NCBI GenBank assembly: GCA_976226885.1
Contig: OZ320313.1
Location: 112,964,001-113,028,000 of the forward strand
Origin: Iphione sp. A-MEVVRFRX5
Lineage: Eukaryota
Length of the DNA stretch: 64,000 nt
Direction of reading: 5' to 3'
Shown: in pieces, positions 26,201-39,145 of the stretch
How the letters are laid out: each line of letters starts with the position of its first letter
How positions within the stretch are numbered: the first letter of the stretch is position 1
Program-made: the position numbers and the translations under genes
Notes under the pieces: model-generated
Told to the model about the DNA's origin: nothing
The model's input: only the letters and a program-made list of their open reading frames with translations
Database searches by the model: none

Positions 26201-29200
26201 ACAGTGCTCATGCAAATTAAGTGAATTTAAAACACAATGATCACTTTAGAACATGCAGAGGTTCTGTATGTTCTTCTCCTTAAAGAAAGTGAAGGGAGTT
26301 AAAAGTGTTTAAGCCAGTCACAAAATAAATGCAATGGCAGCAAATAACGAGGCTCTCCGGGCCCTACCTACCCGTCCCACCAAGCTCCACAAACAACAGA
26401 CAACTAAACTAGGACGACACGGAATAGTGTTAAGGGTATGGGCGTGCGAGTGGGAAAGCGGGCAGTCGTGAAGACAGTTGCCGGATCTGTTCTACGGTGT
26501 CACAAGTATTCTGCCGTAAATGGAAACCCTCAATTCAACATTCCCCACCATCTGTGGTGTTCACTGTAAGCTAGCTGATCACTATTTTACTCTGACGGGA
26601 CAAATTTACAAGGGAAACGGGCCCGTTTGTCGTGAGGATGAAATCTTGTAGGCAGCGTAAAACCGCAGTGTCGATTTCAAGCCTAATGGAAAGTAGGATG
26701 TGTTGTTGAAATTCGTCTCATGTTCCATGAATACATTTGGATGATCCAAAATGATGGAAAAAAAGAAAGAAAGAAAAAAGACACGTGGCGTCCAAGACTG
26801 ATTTAAAAGTATCGGACCTGAGCACCGTAGAACCGACCCGCACAGCCAACCCGCAATAACCGACCGCACAGCGAACCACACATCAGAGGCAATCTAGATG
26901 CTCATTGGCTACTTACATCCCCCTCAGACCTGGCAGTCCAATCAGCTTGTCCTGTACATATGTGCATGGATTGGAGGAGTGTAGGTTTGTGGATGATGAA
27001 TGGAGGACCCCAGTCACAACCAGGGATGGTGGAGGCATGTAGGGGTGGACCAAAGCATGGGTACACAGCAACGACACACGACCAGCCACGAACGGGGCCA
27101 AAAAGAGAAAGAAAAAGGAAAAAAAATATCTCTGTTAGCTAGTTGTCGCGGAGATCTTCAATGAAACAGCAAAAAAATTATATGGAACGTAAGTGGGACG
27201 AGCTTCGAGCATAGGTGCCAACCTCTGGAGATTTCCTAAAGCGCAAATTTTGTCAAAACTGGGGTTTGGCTGTGTTATGTAAGTCAAAAGGGGCTTGCTT
27301 GGTTCTAGCTAGGCTTGTAGCGATTAACTTGCATTGCCCGTATGGACAGCACGCTTTGGTGTGAGATGATGTTACTCCAACCACCCACGTGTTATTACTT
27401 GGTACTGAGTAAAGGTCGACTGCTTGATCTATACATGTTAGTAAAAAGACATCGGTTAGCTTCCTTTTAATGTTAATTACTGCTCGTACATTTCGTTTTC
27501 GGGTCAGAAATATATCACCGGAGCCAAAAGACTGTACAAGAATAACATTTACCCCATAGTGTAATCTAATAATTACGTTTGTTAAAGCCCTATTTTTCCA
27601 ATAATTGTTCTTCCAAAATGAGCTTATTTGTTCATAGGTTTTATTTCGGGGCGTTCATGCTATGTGTTCCTCTGATAAAAAGTGGTAGTATGCGTCATCC
27701 TGTAATACATGCCAGGAACAGATGAGCTGAGTGAACCTCGAGGTCACATTCCCCAAAGGAAAGGATAAAACATGCTTTGACCAAGTGACCAGGCTTTTTG
27801 AATACCGTCAAAAGAAGAGGTGGCTAACCCCATGCTCGGGTACTACTGGGCTAGAGAAACCGCCTTGTAGTAAAAATGAATATGAATGAAATATTGCTTC
27901 GAACCATTCTTATTTAAAGTAGCGATGGAACGTTTAAGCTTATTTAAGTAAAATTACAGCAAAGAGATCCACTTTAAGTGCACAAAAAACCGAAGCACCT
28001 ATAATTTCTAACGACATTTTCTATTTCCGATAAATTGTGTCAAACTTTATAAAACAACTTGTGTGTAAAATGAGCGATTAAATATGCACTAAAGCATGCT
28101 GAGGAACAAATGCTGTACTCACCCGTATCATACATCGGCAACTGTGTGTGTGAAATGCTTTTCCTAAGGGTGGGTTTATTCGGCACAACCGGACCTTGCC
28201 AACTGTTATCTGCAAAAGACAAATCAAAGCTCTGTTGACATTTTCTTAAGCTGTAACATCTAACTTACTGCAGCTGACAGGTTCCCATAATCTTATGCTA
28301 AATGTTCACCGCTGACATGAAAGTGTCAAATAGTCTTCTATTAGCAAGTCGGTTATTGTTTACTATGGCGCTAAGGGTCTTACGCAAAGTGCCACCCAAG
28401 TTTATGCCAAGGTTGACTGATAGCATTGTGGTGCTTCCTATACTCAATGCCTTTCGAAACCGTTAAGGATAGGCTCTGCCATAAATTCCACATTGTAAGC
28501 CATAAATAATTCTCTAGTTTACTGGCATCGCCCAGAGAGGCATTGGGTTAGAAACCCTATTCGTCTATGCCAGGTTTAGGAGAGCCTACTATAAAGGAAG
28601 GAGCTGGCAGGTGGGGAGCTGCAGCCAATGGTATTGATAGTCAACACTAGGTGATTATCCCCCTTTGTCCTCATCTACTGGCCGTCACACAACGGACCGC
28701 TAAGAAGCCGCCTCCCCAGGGACGAGGGGTACTCTATTCCACTATCAACAAATCACTCTAATTGCAACATCATAAGCGCATCAATAGTTCAGTAGTCGGA
28801 GTCGGTGCTGTCAAGAGTCTTGCACGGTATTCCTGACCGTAGAATAATCGGTTACGTCTTCTCCAGAGTAAGTCCCGGTCACGAAACGAACAAGCCACAC
28901 CTGAAGAGGTTTAAATTTCGGGGGGAGGGGAGGGGGCGCGCTAAAGACTGCCCGAATACCTGTCAGGGTATAATATAAAATACGTTATGCAAGTCTAACG
29001 GAGAATAAGGCTTCTTACCATAGAACACTGACCAAGCAGTGTGAATATCTACATGAACCTATATATCTAGATAACGAAAGGCTGGGCTATTCCACTTTGG
29101 GGCATTTACCCTACAAAGCTATCGCTGTTGTATAAAATAATTGGCAACACATAAAGACCCGTCTTTACTAATTGCGAGAAAGACCCTAACAGACAAGATA

Positions 29201-32200
29201 TCGCCGTATAAAACATTCTAACCTCGTTAGTGCTAGGTTGACTTTTTAAGAGCCAACAAAAAATCACGTCTTGATAAAAGGCTTGCCAGAAAAACCCAGA
29301 TCCATTAACTTAAGGAAGACCCATTACAAGAGAGGAAAATGTTATATATTGGCACAAAAAAAACGAAGTCAGAGGACATGCTGTTCACAGCAAATGGTTT
29401 CCGGGAAAAAAACTTCACGATACAACCTTGACTTCACGAAAATAATCTTGTAATTCTTCTGGGGGAAATGTATGGCTGTCAAACGCCTTGTTACTTGTAC
29501 GGAAATTATACTGTGAAACGAGCTATTATTCAATATCATTTTGTCCCATTTCTCTGATCGCGAATCTGGTTTTGAAGGGCTGCGCCTGATTAAACTCACG
29601 ATCTTTTCTTATAATTGGGGCTAATGACTTCCAGGCAATAAAAATGACTAATGCGTCTGCATGTCGCTGTGCCCGACGATAAGAAACTACAACTTCAGCC
29701 CTCTACGACTATCTCCTTCAATGGCTCCTGTGCAAGGCAGGAGGGCGATTTTGCGCTGCTGGGGCTCATCCAATTGGCATTCGTGCAGGGAGGTCAGCCA
29801 GTGTGAAAATCACCGGCACAAGTCGGAAGTGGGAGCACCGGGGTGTAGGGGTTGGGGGCACCACTAATGGGATTGTCGAGACCCTGGGTAGCGGCAGGTG
29901 CCACCGGATCGGGCGGGTTCAGCTAGCGTTATCAAACGGTCGAGCGCAGCTTGGAAAAAAAAACGACCGCATCATGTGGCTCTGCTAGCCATGGCGTGCC
30001 AGCGGTCTAAAGTACTCATATACGCATGTGTATGCGTGAGAAAATCCTGTGAGAACGACCAAGAAGACGACGGTATTCCGCCCCCTCCTACAGCTGGTGA
30101 TAAATAAGGTTTTCTCCGGTGAGGAAAACATGGAGCCAGCTTATATTTGGGGTGGAAGAAGGCGCACATCTACCCACATGCAATATTTGCAATTGCTGTC
30201 GCGTGAAAGAAATAGCAAGCCCCGTAAAACGATTAGCCACGCCGATTGATCATTGCAGGGCCTCAAGACGCATATGATGGAATCTGGCGAACACAAAAGA
30301 CCACACATGACGTAGTCGTTTACGGAACTGTCGATCCGAGCGAACAACGATTGAATTGTTTCCCAGTGGTTTACTTCCACTTCCAACCACAGAATGCGCA
30401 TCTACTACTAGGAGATCAATGCTTAATGATATTATGCCTTTCGGCGTATGTGGTTACTCGGTGAAGCTCGCACAGCAGCAGACGCATTTTTAGCGAGCAC
30501 GGTAAAAAGTTGCTGCACGTTGCAAGGCACGCCAACCGCGGACAGGAAATTGAGGCCGTCGAAGGTCGGAGGTCAGATCCGGAGAGTCTGCCTTCTGAGT
30601 GGAGGGGTGTGTGTCGAGGCAGTTAATATTAAGGGGCTGATCTGATTTGAGGGTGCAGTGACATGGTCTCTCCTGAAGTTCTGATCGATAAGGCACTAAT
30701 CACATTTCCGTCGAACGCTTCGTCTCGTGGCCTTGGTGCCTCCTCTCTATGCAGAGTCCCGTTTTTCCCCTGCTTCGACGGTGCTCGGATGGATAGTAAA
30801 AATGGAAAGTTGTTGGCGTTCAAAGTGACAGCTTTATTTGGTGAGCATAACGTGAATGCCGTCATGGGACCAACTGTACAGATAGCGAGGAATTACACGT
30901 CAAGCCAGACGGTGAAATGAACTCAAATTTCAATTCATTTTTTTTTATTGAGCTCACGAGGTCATCCATAACTCGTCTAAATTTACCTCCGGCTTTCACA
31001 ACAAGGTACGACTACCACATGTACCTTCTACCCTTGGGTGTGCGTTCAATCCTAGTGTTCACAAGACAATTGATACTTGTCGTGAAGAAGCACGTGTTCA
31101 AGGAAAACAGGACAGCTGGGATGCGAGAACCTACAAAGATACATGTACATGATATGGGGCTGCGATCGTTCGAGAGCTCAAACTAGTTTTGATTAGGCCC
31201 GGTTTCAATATCGGCGGAAGGGTGCGGAAGGTGTCCAGGTCCGTGGCCATGCAGAATTATTTTTTCGAGAAGGCCACGCACAGGGATGTCCTTCAGGTTG
31301 CATGAGGTTGCGTGAGACAGACAGAGAGACACAGAGTGTGTATGTGTGTGTTGCTCTGTTAAAACTGTGTCTTTTGTGCTAATCAGGAAGAATTATGCCA
31401 AATTCAGTTTTTTAATGCAAAATATATGCAAATTAGATAAAATTTCATATCATCAATCATATGATAGTGTCTATCCAGTTGAAAGCCCCTCTCTCTATAC
31501 TACTGTGCGTATAGCATACATGTGCGGAAAATTTTAGGGTATGTACCCAAAACAAACTACACACACATTGCACAGTCACGCACACCCACCCTTCTGCATT
31601 AATGGAAATCTCTATACTGAACACAGTGATCGAAAAATATGCACGTCTACACACAGTCACACACAGGGACAGTCAAGCACATATGGAAACCGGGCCTTAT
31701 TCTGCATCTTTCAACTTAAATTCGGTGTTCGCTAGTTTGAAAAACTAGATGCTACCATGGACGTAAGGATTAGTGTCGACTCGGGAAATGGAACTCTTTA
31801 AGTGATGAAATATTAAGCGGAAGATGATGGGTGTTTCCTACAAAAAAATTCAGATTCTTTCTCGCAAAGAACGTCAATGTACATGAAGTCAAAAACGATA
31901 TTTCTCCAACAAAAGCCCGGGGATTCCACAAATCTCATCGACGATGCAGATAACAGATGTACAAATTACATCACATTCATTTTACAGACTGACATTTGCA
32001 AATGTCAGGTTCCGGAATGTCCACGCTAATTAAGATAAGATCGACCCACAAATGTAACGGTGGCATGGATCGAGCCGCCCCTATCTAGTCCATCTTGAAA
32101 TTAGCTTTCGGTCATGGGCCCCGTGTTGGGAGTAGTGATAGCATAAGTGGCACAATTACATCGAGGGGGAGTGATGGCAGATGAGGTGTGCACAAAAGGA

Positions 32201-35200
32201 TACAGGCATTTGGGCCGCTGAGGAGTCGGGGTCGCCGGGATGACGGAGGAGCCCAGCAGACAACCCACGCTACTGCCAGCAATGAGTAGTGGAAGCAAGG
32301 CAAGCTATAAGGATGGGGTGAGGGTGGGGGTGGGGGGGGGGCGGCTCTCTATTCCGCGCACGGTCAGCATGGTGAAGCCACTATGATAATGAGGGACAAT
32401 ATTATACAGTTGCCACGACCGTAGATTAGAACTGGCCACATATATAAGAGACAGAACTCGGTAGAATTTCAGAGGGACGAGAAGTAGCCACGTTCTCCTT
32501 TTATATATATATAATATATATATATTATATATATATATAATATTTGTGTACACACAGATGCATCCACGAATAGATGTGTGCATTCATGTCGACTTAGGCA
32601 TCGGGTGTGCAGTCATTTTCTCAGAGGATCGTCTCAAATACAGCAGGTCTTATCCTAAACTGCCAAATCTATAAACTGACGCGGGAGTAATAGGGCACAT
32701 CTGATAGCACGGGAGAACCACGAGGCACTGGCACGAGACGAACGTCTCCCAGCCTGATGGTGGAATCTAAATGTGTAAGATCCCGACGGGAAACGTAAGC
32801 GAACACATTCTGGGCTCAAAGGACTCTTACAGTCTGTGGGGACGTCACACTGTCATGCAAGGAAGTGGGGAAGAACTCGTTAGCGGCCTTGGCCCTCAAA
32901 GACCTCTCCATCGTGGCATAGGCCGATGTGGGGACTTGACAAATTCCACTACGAGATGCAACACTTATCTTCAAGAAGGAGGCGTGAAATTGACGCTCAG
33001 CCGTAAGGACACTCCCCACGCCAATCACGACACAACTGAGTTCATACGATGTGGGCTTTGGATTTGGCATACACCTCTAGAGACGTGCATTGCCTTGCTC
33101 TATATCGGTGGCGCGTACGTCTGATAATTACTACGGTAACCTCCTAAATTCAAGTTTAAATATTGCTGCTATTCTGCAAATTCCTCTTTACAGTTTCTTG
33201 CGAGTCCCTGTGCCAGCCACATCGCTGAGATTCCTCCGTACACATAATTCTTTCACCAGGCTATATAAGGCCACCACTCGATCCTACTCTTCCCTGGTTG
33301 TATGTGGTTCCTCCATTTCCACCGGGAAAAAAAACAACAACAAAAAAACGGCGCAACATGAATGGCATTTTAATCTCAATATGCTTAGATGCCTACGGTC
33401 AAATGCTGTTACTGACTACGTTTTATATTGCACCTATTGGAAATATATGATCCCCCCAGCTGCTGTTTATTAATCATGTCTCATAACTCATATGCCATCA
33501 GGGCAGGTAAACTATGAAATACACTTTAGCAAAGGAAATATTCTTCTTTAAGTGGGTTTTCCATGTACATACAGATATTCATGCTTTCGGATCCATAGCC
33601 ACAGCGTGCGTTACAAACTAGACATCGAGAATGTGCTTACCGCCTGCCCATCTGTCCTTATCTTAACAGATATGGATGCGTAGCCATAACGGCAATCTGA
33701 TGTCCACCGATTTTCCCAGACACGGATGCTTAACATGGCTTTCAACCATAAGCAACTACCAACTGGTTGCCTGAGAGTCATTAGCTTCACCCAGCCTCAT
33801 CCGAAAAAACATTGCGCCTACGTATCCGAAAACATGGATATATGTACACTGAAAACCCACCTTACAATGTTTTTTTTCGCTATGGTGAATTTTATGAAAC
33901 AAAACCTGTTAGCTTTCCTTCTCCGATGCTCAATCATCTGCTCACTTTGTTCTTCGTACTGAATGGACGGATCAGCCACATGGCGCCTAATATTAGCGCA
34001 CCTGTGTACACTTTCCCCGGGTAGTCCAAAGATGGGAGGCGGAGTTAATATGTTCCTGTCTTGGATTGAAGCCCTGCGGAGCACTTATTGCCACACTCAG
34101 AAGCTGCACAAAATGGCCTCTCGAAAGTCTCCGTCATACTGTTTCTTGTATTCGCTGAGGTGCACTGAAACGCCCCCAAGGATCCTTGGCATTCAATAAA
34201 TAATGCGGAGCATAAGTCTTCCACACCGACATACGCATCGCAGTGCCGCCGCCCGGATGATATCTTCTCCCATAAAATATTACTCTGTAAATATGCTGCC
34301 TATACCACAACAGTTGTATAGCTTCTAGTAAAAGTAAAGGCCAAACCTAGCCTATTCTATATGAGACAAGAGTGTGGACCTATGAGGTTTATAGTCCCCC
34401 GCCAGCCAATTTAACCAAGCTTGGCCTGCTTAGTTCTGCTTGGTAACACACACTAAGACATACATGTAGCTATATTTATTACTTACATATACACTCGCAC
34501 AAACTATAATTAAAATTACTACCTTCAAACATGCTTGTTATGAAACTGAAATAAGCCAGTGGCAAACATCCATATAAGAGAACACCATCTTACGGAATCA
34601 GTTCATTTGACCCATTGGTTCATTACCTAAGTCCCCCCTCTCCATTAGGGGGAGACTTTAGTTGATACTCATAACATTTCTTTACATGTTCTTCCCGCTA
34701 TATTTTTGGTCTGTCGCAAAGTAAGTTACCAAAGTGACTAGTTTCCCTTACCTGAGCTTGTGACCCACGGGGCGCTCTGCTGTTGATGCAGTTTGTCCAG
34801 CTTGCCGATCATGGAGGGTTTCGGTGGGTGAACATCTCGGTCCATAGTGGCCTGTAGGACGACCGCCTCTCCCGGCCGACGCTGTGCTTGCTGTTGTTGC
34901 TGCTGTTGCTGATAGACATGGTGGTGTTGCTGTGGTTGCTGTTGCTGCTGCTGCTGCTGCTGTTGGCAATGGTACGGGTACTGGTGGCTGAGGTCGCTCG
35001 CCGCCGCCGGCTGATGATGATGTTGCGGTGAGAGCGGCGGCGGAGATGAGAGGCTGTTTTCGCGACTGTGCGCCCGGATGGTAGTCGTCGAGCTGCAGCT
35101 GCTCTCCCGGCTGTGCTGGGGCGGCTGCAGATCGCCCCCTACCGGCGGCTGGCGTGCGTCCGGGTGGATGAGGTAGCCCCTTGCCGGCCTCTCGGTGCCC

Positions 35201-38200
35201 TCGTACGAGTACGTGGGACCGTCTACCTGGTGCAGGTTCAACTCAGACTGGGCACGCTTCGAGTCTTTTATACTCACACTCTTCATTTGTGAGGACAAAT
35301 CAGTTGCCAGCATCGTCCGGATACGCTGGTGCTCTGGGTTAGAGTCCTGGTGGGGTACGGAGGTGGCCGGGCCACCTCCTCGCTGGTCTTCCTTCACCTT
35401 GCCCTCCTTTCTTGCCATGAAGTCGTTGATGAGCAACTGTTTGATCTGCTCCTTGTTCATCTTGCCGGAGGTGCTGCTGTTACTGCTCTGGCGGGAATGA
35501 TGTGGCTGGAGATAATTCTGTGGATGGGGTCCCTGTGGCTGCTGCATTTGCTGGGGATGCTGCTGTTGCCGCTGCTGTTGACTAAAGGCATGTTGTTGTT
35601 GTTGTTGTTGATAATCCTGATTAAACATATCAGGTTGTTGCATATACTGCTGCTGCTGTTGCTGACTGTATGGTTGTTTATCGCGCACCGCTTCTTTCTG
35701 TCGTTGTAGATAAGCCTGGTAGACCTCAGGATCATTGGAGGCCTTTTCTTGGCGAACAGGCATGGCAGGCATCACTTTGGCTTTTTGACTCTTCTTGCGG
35801 GGCAGCGTGGCGTAAATCTCAATACTTTTGGTGGGATTATCTCCCTCTCCTTCTGTATAAATGGGCCTATCCTTCCATTCCTTCTCATGAGGCCTCTGAG
35901 GCAGCATTTGAGAAAGACCACCATCAGTGTGTGAGTGGGGCAACTGTTGCTGTTGCCGCTGTTGCTGTTGCTGTTGTTGTTGTTGCTGTTTCTGCTGCTG
36001 CTGCTGCTGCTGCTTCTGGTGTTGATGATGGTGGTGGGGATGACGTGGCTGCTGGTGTGGTGGATGGCCAATCTCCATGCTGTGTGAGCTGTAGCCTGAG
36101 TCCGAGGAGTACTGCTGCTCATAGTGGCCGCCTGCTGCCGGCCCATGGCTTGGGTAGAAGGGCATTTGTTGAGAGGAGTCGGACAGATCCTTGATGTCGG
36201 TGTCCGTGCCCTGAGAACTCACACTAGAAAAGGTAAAACACCCCTTGTGTGAGGCTTGACTTTCGTAACACCAGAGCAAAGTATAAATTCTCACATGTGA
36301 CGACAGCCAACAACTCTTGTCAATACAGGGACGAGTCAATAGAAACTATGGTCAGGATAATAGAAACCGTACGTTACGTATCTTCTGTTTGTATCAAAAC
36401 ATACCGAGATGACTGGCTAAATCCGTCGGTTGCAACACATACGGATAATTACAAGAGTCCTTCCAAAAAAATAAATTCATCTACGAAGATTTTGAAAGAA
36501 CGAAAGGCTCCCTAGTCAAAAGAATAACTTATTCCCGGAGATAAAAGGTTCTTGCAACGGAGCAAATGAGACAACGTTAGAGAACTTCAGCGACATTGTT
36601 AATGTCTTTCTTGATACGGTTTCGTCTCGGCCTTTCAACAATGAATTTCTGCAGTACAATCCTATCCTTTTGACATTTCTGCGACAAAGGTGGAACTGTC
36701 AAAGAAAAAGAAAGTCTTTGCCATTTCTTACCTCGTGTGATCCTCGGCAGACAAGTCTGACCCATTAGCTGAGTCCTGCCTTAACATGATTCGCCTGTGC
36801 AGAGAGCGCGACCGTAGCAGACACGTGCTGTACTTCATACGAGCATATTTCTTCGTCTCTGAACTGCTGTTGGGAAAGCTATTGATTGCCTGTTGTAGAC
36901 AACCTGGAAAAAATTAACGGCGTGATATGATGTTAGTTAATGAACCTAGAAAATTAACGGAATAGCAATGTGAGGACAGGCGCTGCTGAAAGTATTTTTT
37001 CTATGAAAAACGATGCTTTTGCAGTATCTTTGCAGTATCTTGTTCGACATGTGTTTTTAGCTTGGCCATCATAGTTGTCATATATATACATGTATGTATG
37101 TAGTCTGGATAAAAACGAGATACAAATGGAATGAGTTGTCTTTGTGCGGCACTTGCTATAAAAACAACTTGTTAAGACTTAGGCATGAGAGGAATGAGGA
37201 TGGTGAGAACTCACCTGTAGCCTGGTTACAAAGCGTCAATGCTAGGGAGATATCCCCCTCTTTCTCCTTGCGTATTGACTCCTCCATGAGCCCCTCAGCA
37301 TGGAAACACATGGACTCACACTCGTCATTTGGCTGCAGTCGGGCATGTCCCTGTGGTCTGCTCGCCATGGCTGCCTGTGGGCCTTGTGACAGCTGTGGCT
37401 GTTGTTGCTGTTGCTGCTGTTGCTGTTGTGAATGTGGATGCTGAGATTTAGTGGTTCCATGTGAATTGACCTGAACGGCTGGATGCTGGTGGTCAAGATG
37501 ATACTGTGGCTGCAGGTGATGGCTCTTCTGATTGGGGTGAGGGTCTCGATGCTGTGGGGCTTGTGGGTTTGGATGATAGGGTGCCGCCTGTTGCTGCTGG
37601 GGAACCTGATGACCTCCATGACCTGCCCTGACTGTGGCGTAGCTCTGTCCAGACTGACTAGAACTGAGACTGTCCGTGGAGGAGTGTGACTTGGTGTCCT
37701 GACTGGCGTGAGACAGTGTCTGCTGTTGATGGGGATGCGGCTGCCTTTGGGCGAAGTGCGGTGGCCTGTGAATGACTGGCTCTTTTTGATGGAGGCCTTG
37801 AGGTCCCATCCGACCGGCGTCCATCACCGGAGAGTCAACGGACACGCTACTCATGGAGCTAGCACTGTTACGGTCACCACTCCCTCCTGCACTGCTGCCA
37901 CTACGATAGCCGGAGTCCTTGTGCGAGCCCAGCGAGAGGTTGTCCCCGGGAATCTCCACCTGGAGAGCTTCGGGGAGCCCTGGTCGCGGCGGTAGGACGA
38001 CGCCGCCACTTCTACCGAGTTGCTCCGTGCAGGACTCGAGGCTACTGTTACTACTCCGACTGCCAGCTGAGCCGGGGCCACCTTGACTCAGAGTGCGCAC
38101 CCTGCTATTGGCCGCCCCAGGTTTCCCATGCTGGTAACACAGTACGCTCTCAACAGCCTTCCTGTTGATGTACTGCAGGGTGCCGTAAGGATCCTCTTCG

Positions 38201-39114
38201 TTCTTCACATCGCGGTAGGTAGGGCCGCGCGATCCTGATCTGGGAGGTTTTCCATCCACCATGTCACTGTTCGACTCGGCGACTCTTCCCCTGGTGTGAC
38301 TGGACGTGCTAGAGGTGGGTACTCCACCGCTGTGCGAGCTGTTCACCCGCTGTTTCGGAGCCATCTTCGGAGTGGTTGGTGGTGGAGGTTGCCCTGCGAC
38401 GACACCGCCATTCTCAAATGGACGCGCACTTTGGGGTCGTACTCGACTGGTGGTGTTGGCCAACGGGTTGCTGTGAGCTGGGGGTGCAACGTCACTAGGC
38501 GCTGGGCCAGTGTTCTCCAGAGAACGGGTGCGTTTCAGGTTCGAGTGCTGCGGGTGGTTGTTGGTCGCCGCAGGTGCTGCCTCTGACTTGAGAGCAGGGT
38601 GTGATTGGCTATTGACCATCTGCCCTTGTGACCTGCCTTTCTCTACTGGCTGCATGATACCACTCTCATGGCCTGGATAGAGCGCCTCAGGTTCCAGAGG
38701 ACCGTAAGGGTTGGTGGGGCTGCTTTTACTCGGTGAGCTCACCTGGTATCTCACCACGTCCGCTCCCACCTTGCCCTTGCCTTTCTTAAAGCTTTCTAGT
38801 CGCTGAATTTCATTCACCTTCGCTAGTGCAGCAGCATTCTTACTCTTTGTCGGCGAGCTGGGATACACAAAGCCAGCTGTTTCAGTCTCCGGACTTTTCG
38901 GCATATTCTGTCGCCGGTAAGGCTCGCTTGTTGATAGCGTCCAGTTCTGGTACTCGTCACCAGAGGTCGCTCGCGGCGGCTGGTTTGAGACCGGTTGGTT
39001 GATCTTCCCCGCAGCAGCTGAAGTCTGGTTAGGTCCTTGGAGATTCTTGGGTTTCTGGGTGACCGGCGGAGGATGTGTTTGAGGTGCTACATACTGATAT
39101 GACCCGCTGCCAGA

Positions 39115-39145
<31 letters not shown>

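Noticed and set aside
30629-30783. Alternative terminal exon ([18 protein letters not shown]...)
   Set aside because: The acceptor is GAG rather than YAG, and there is no other support.
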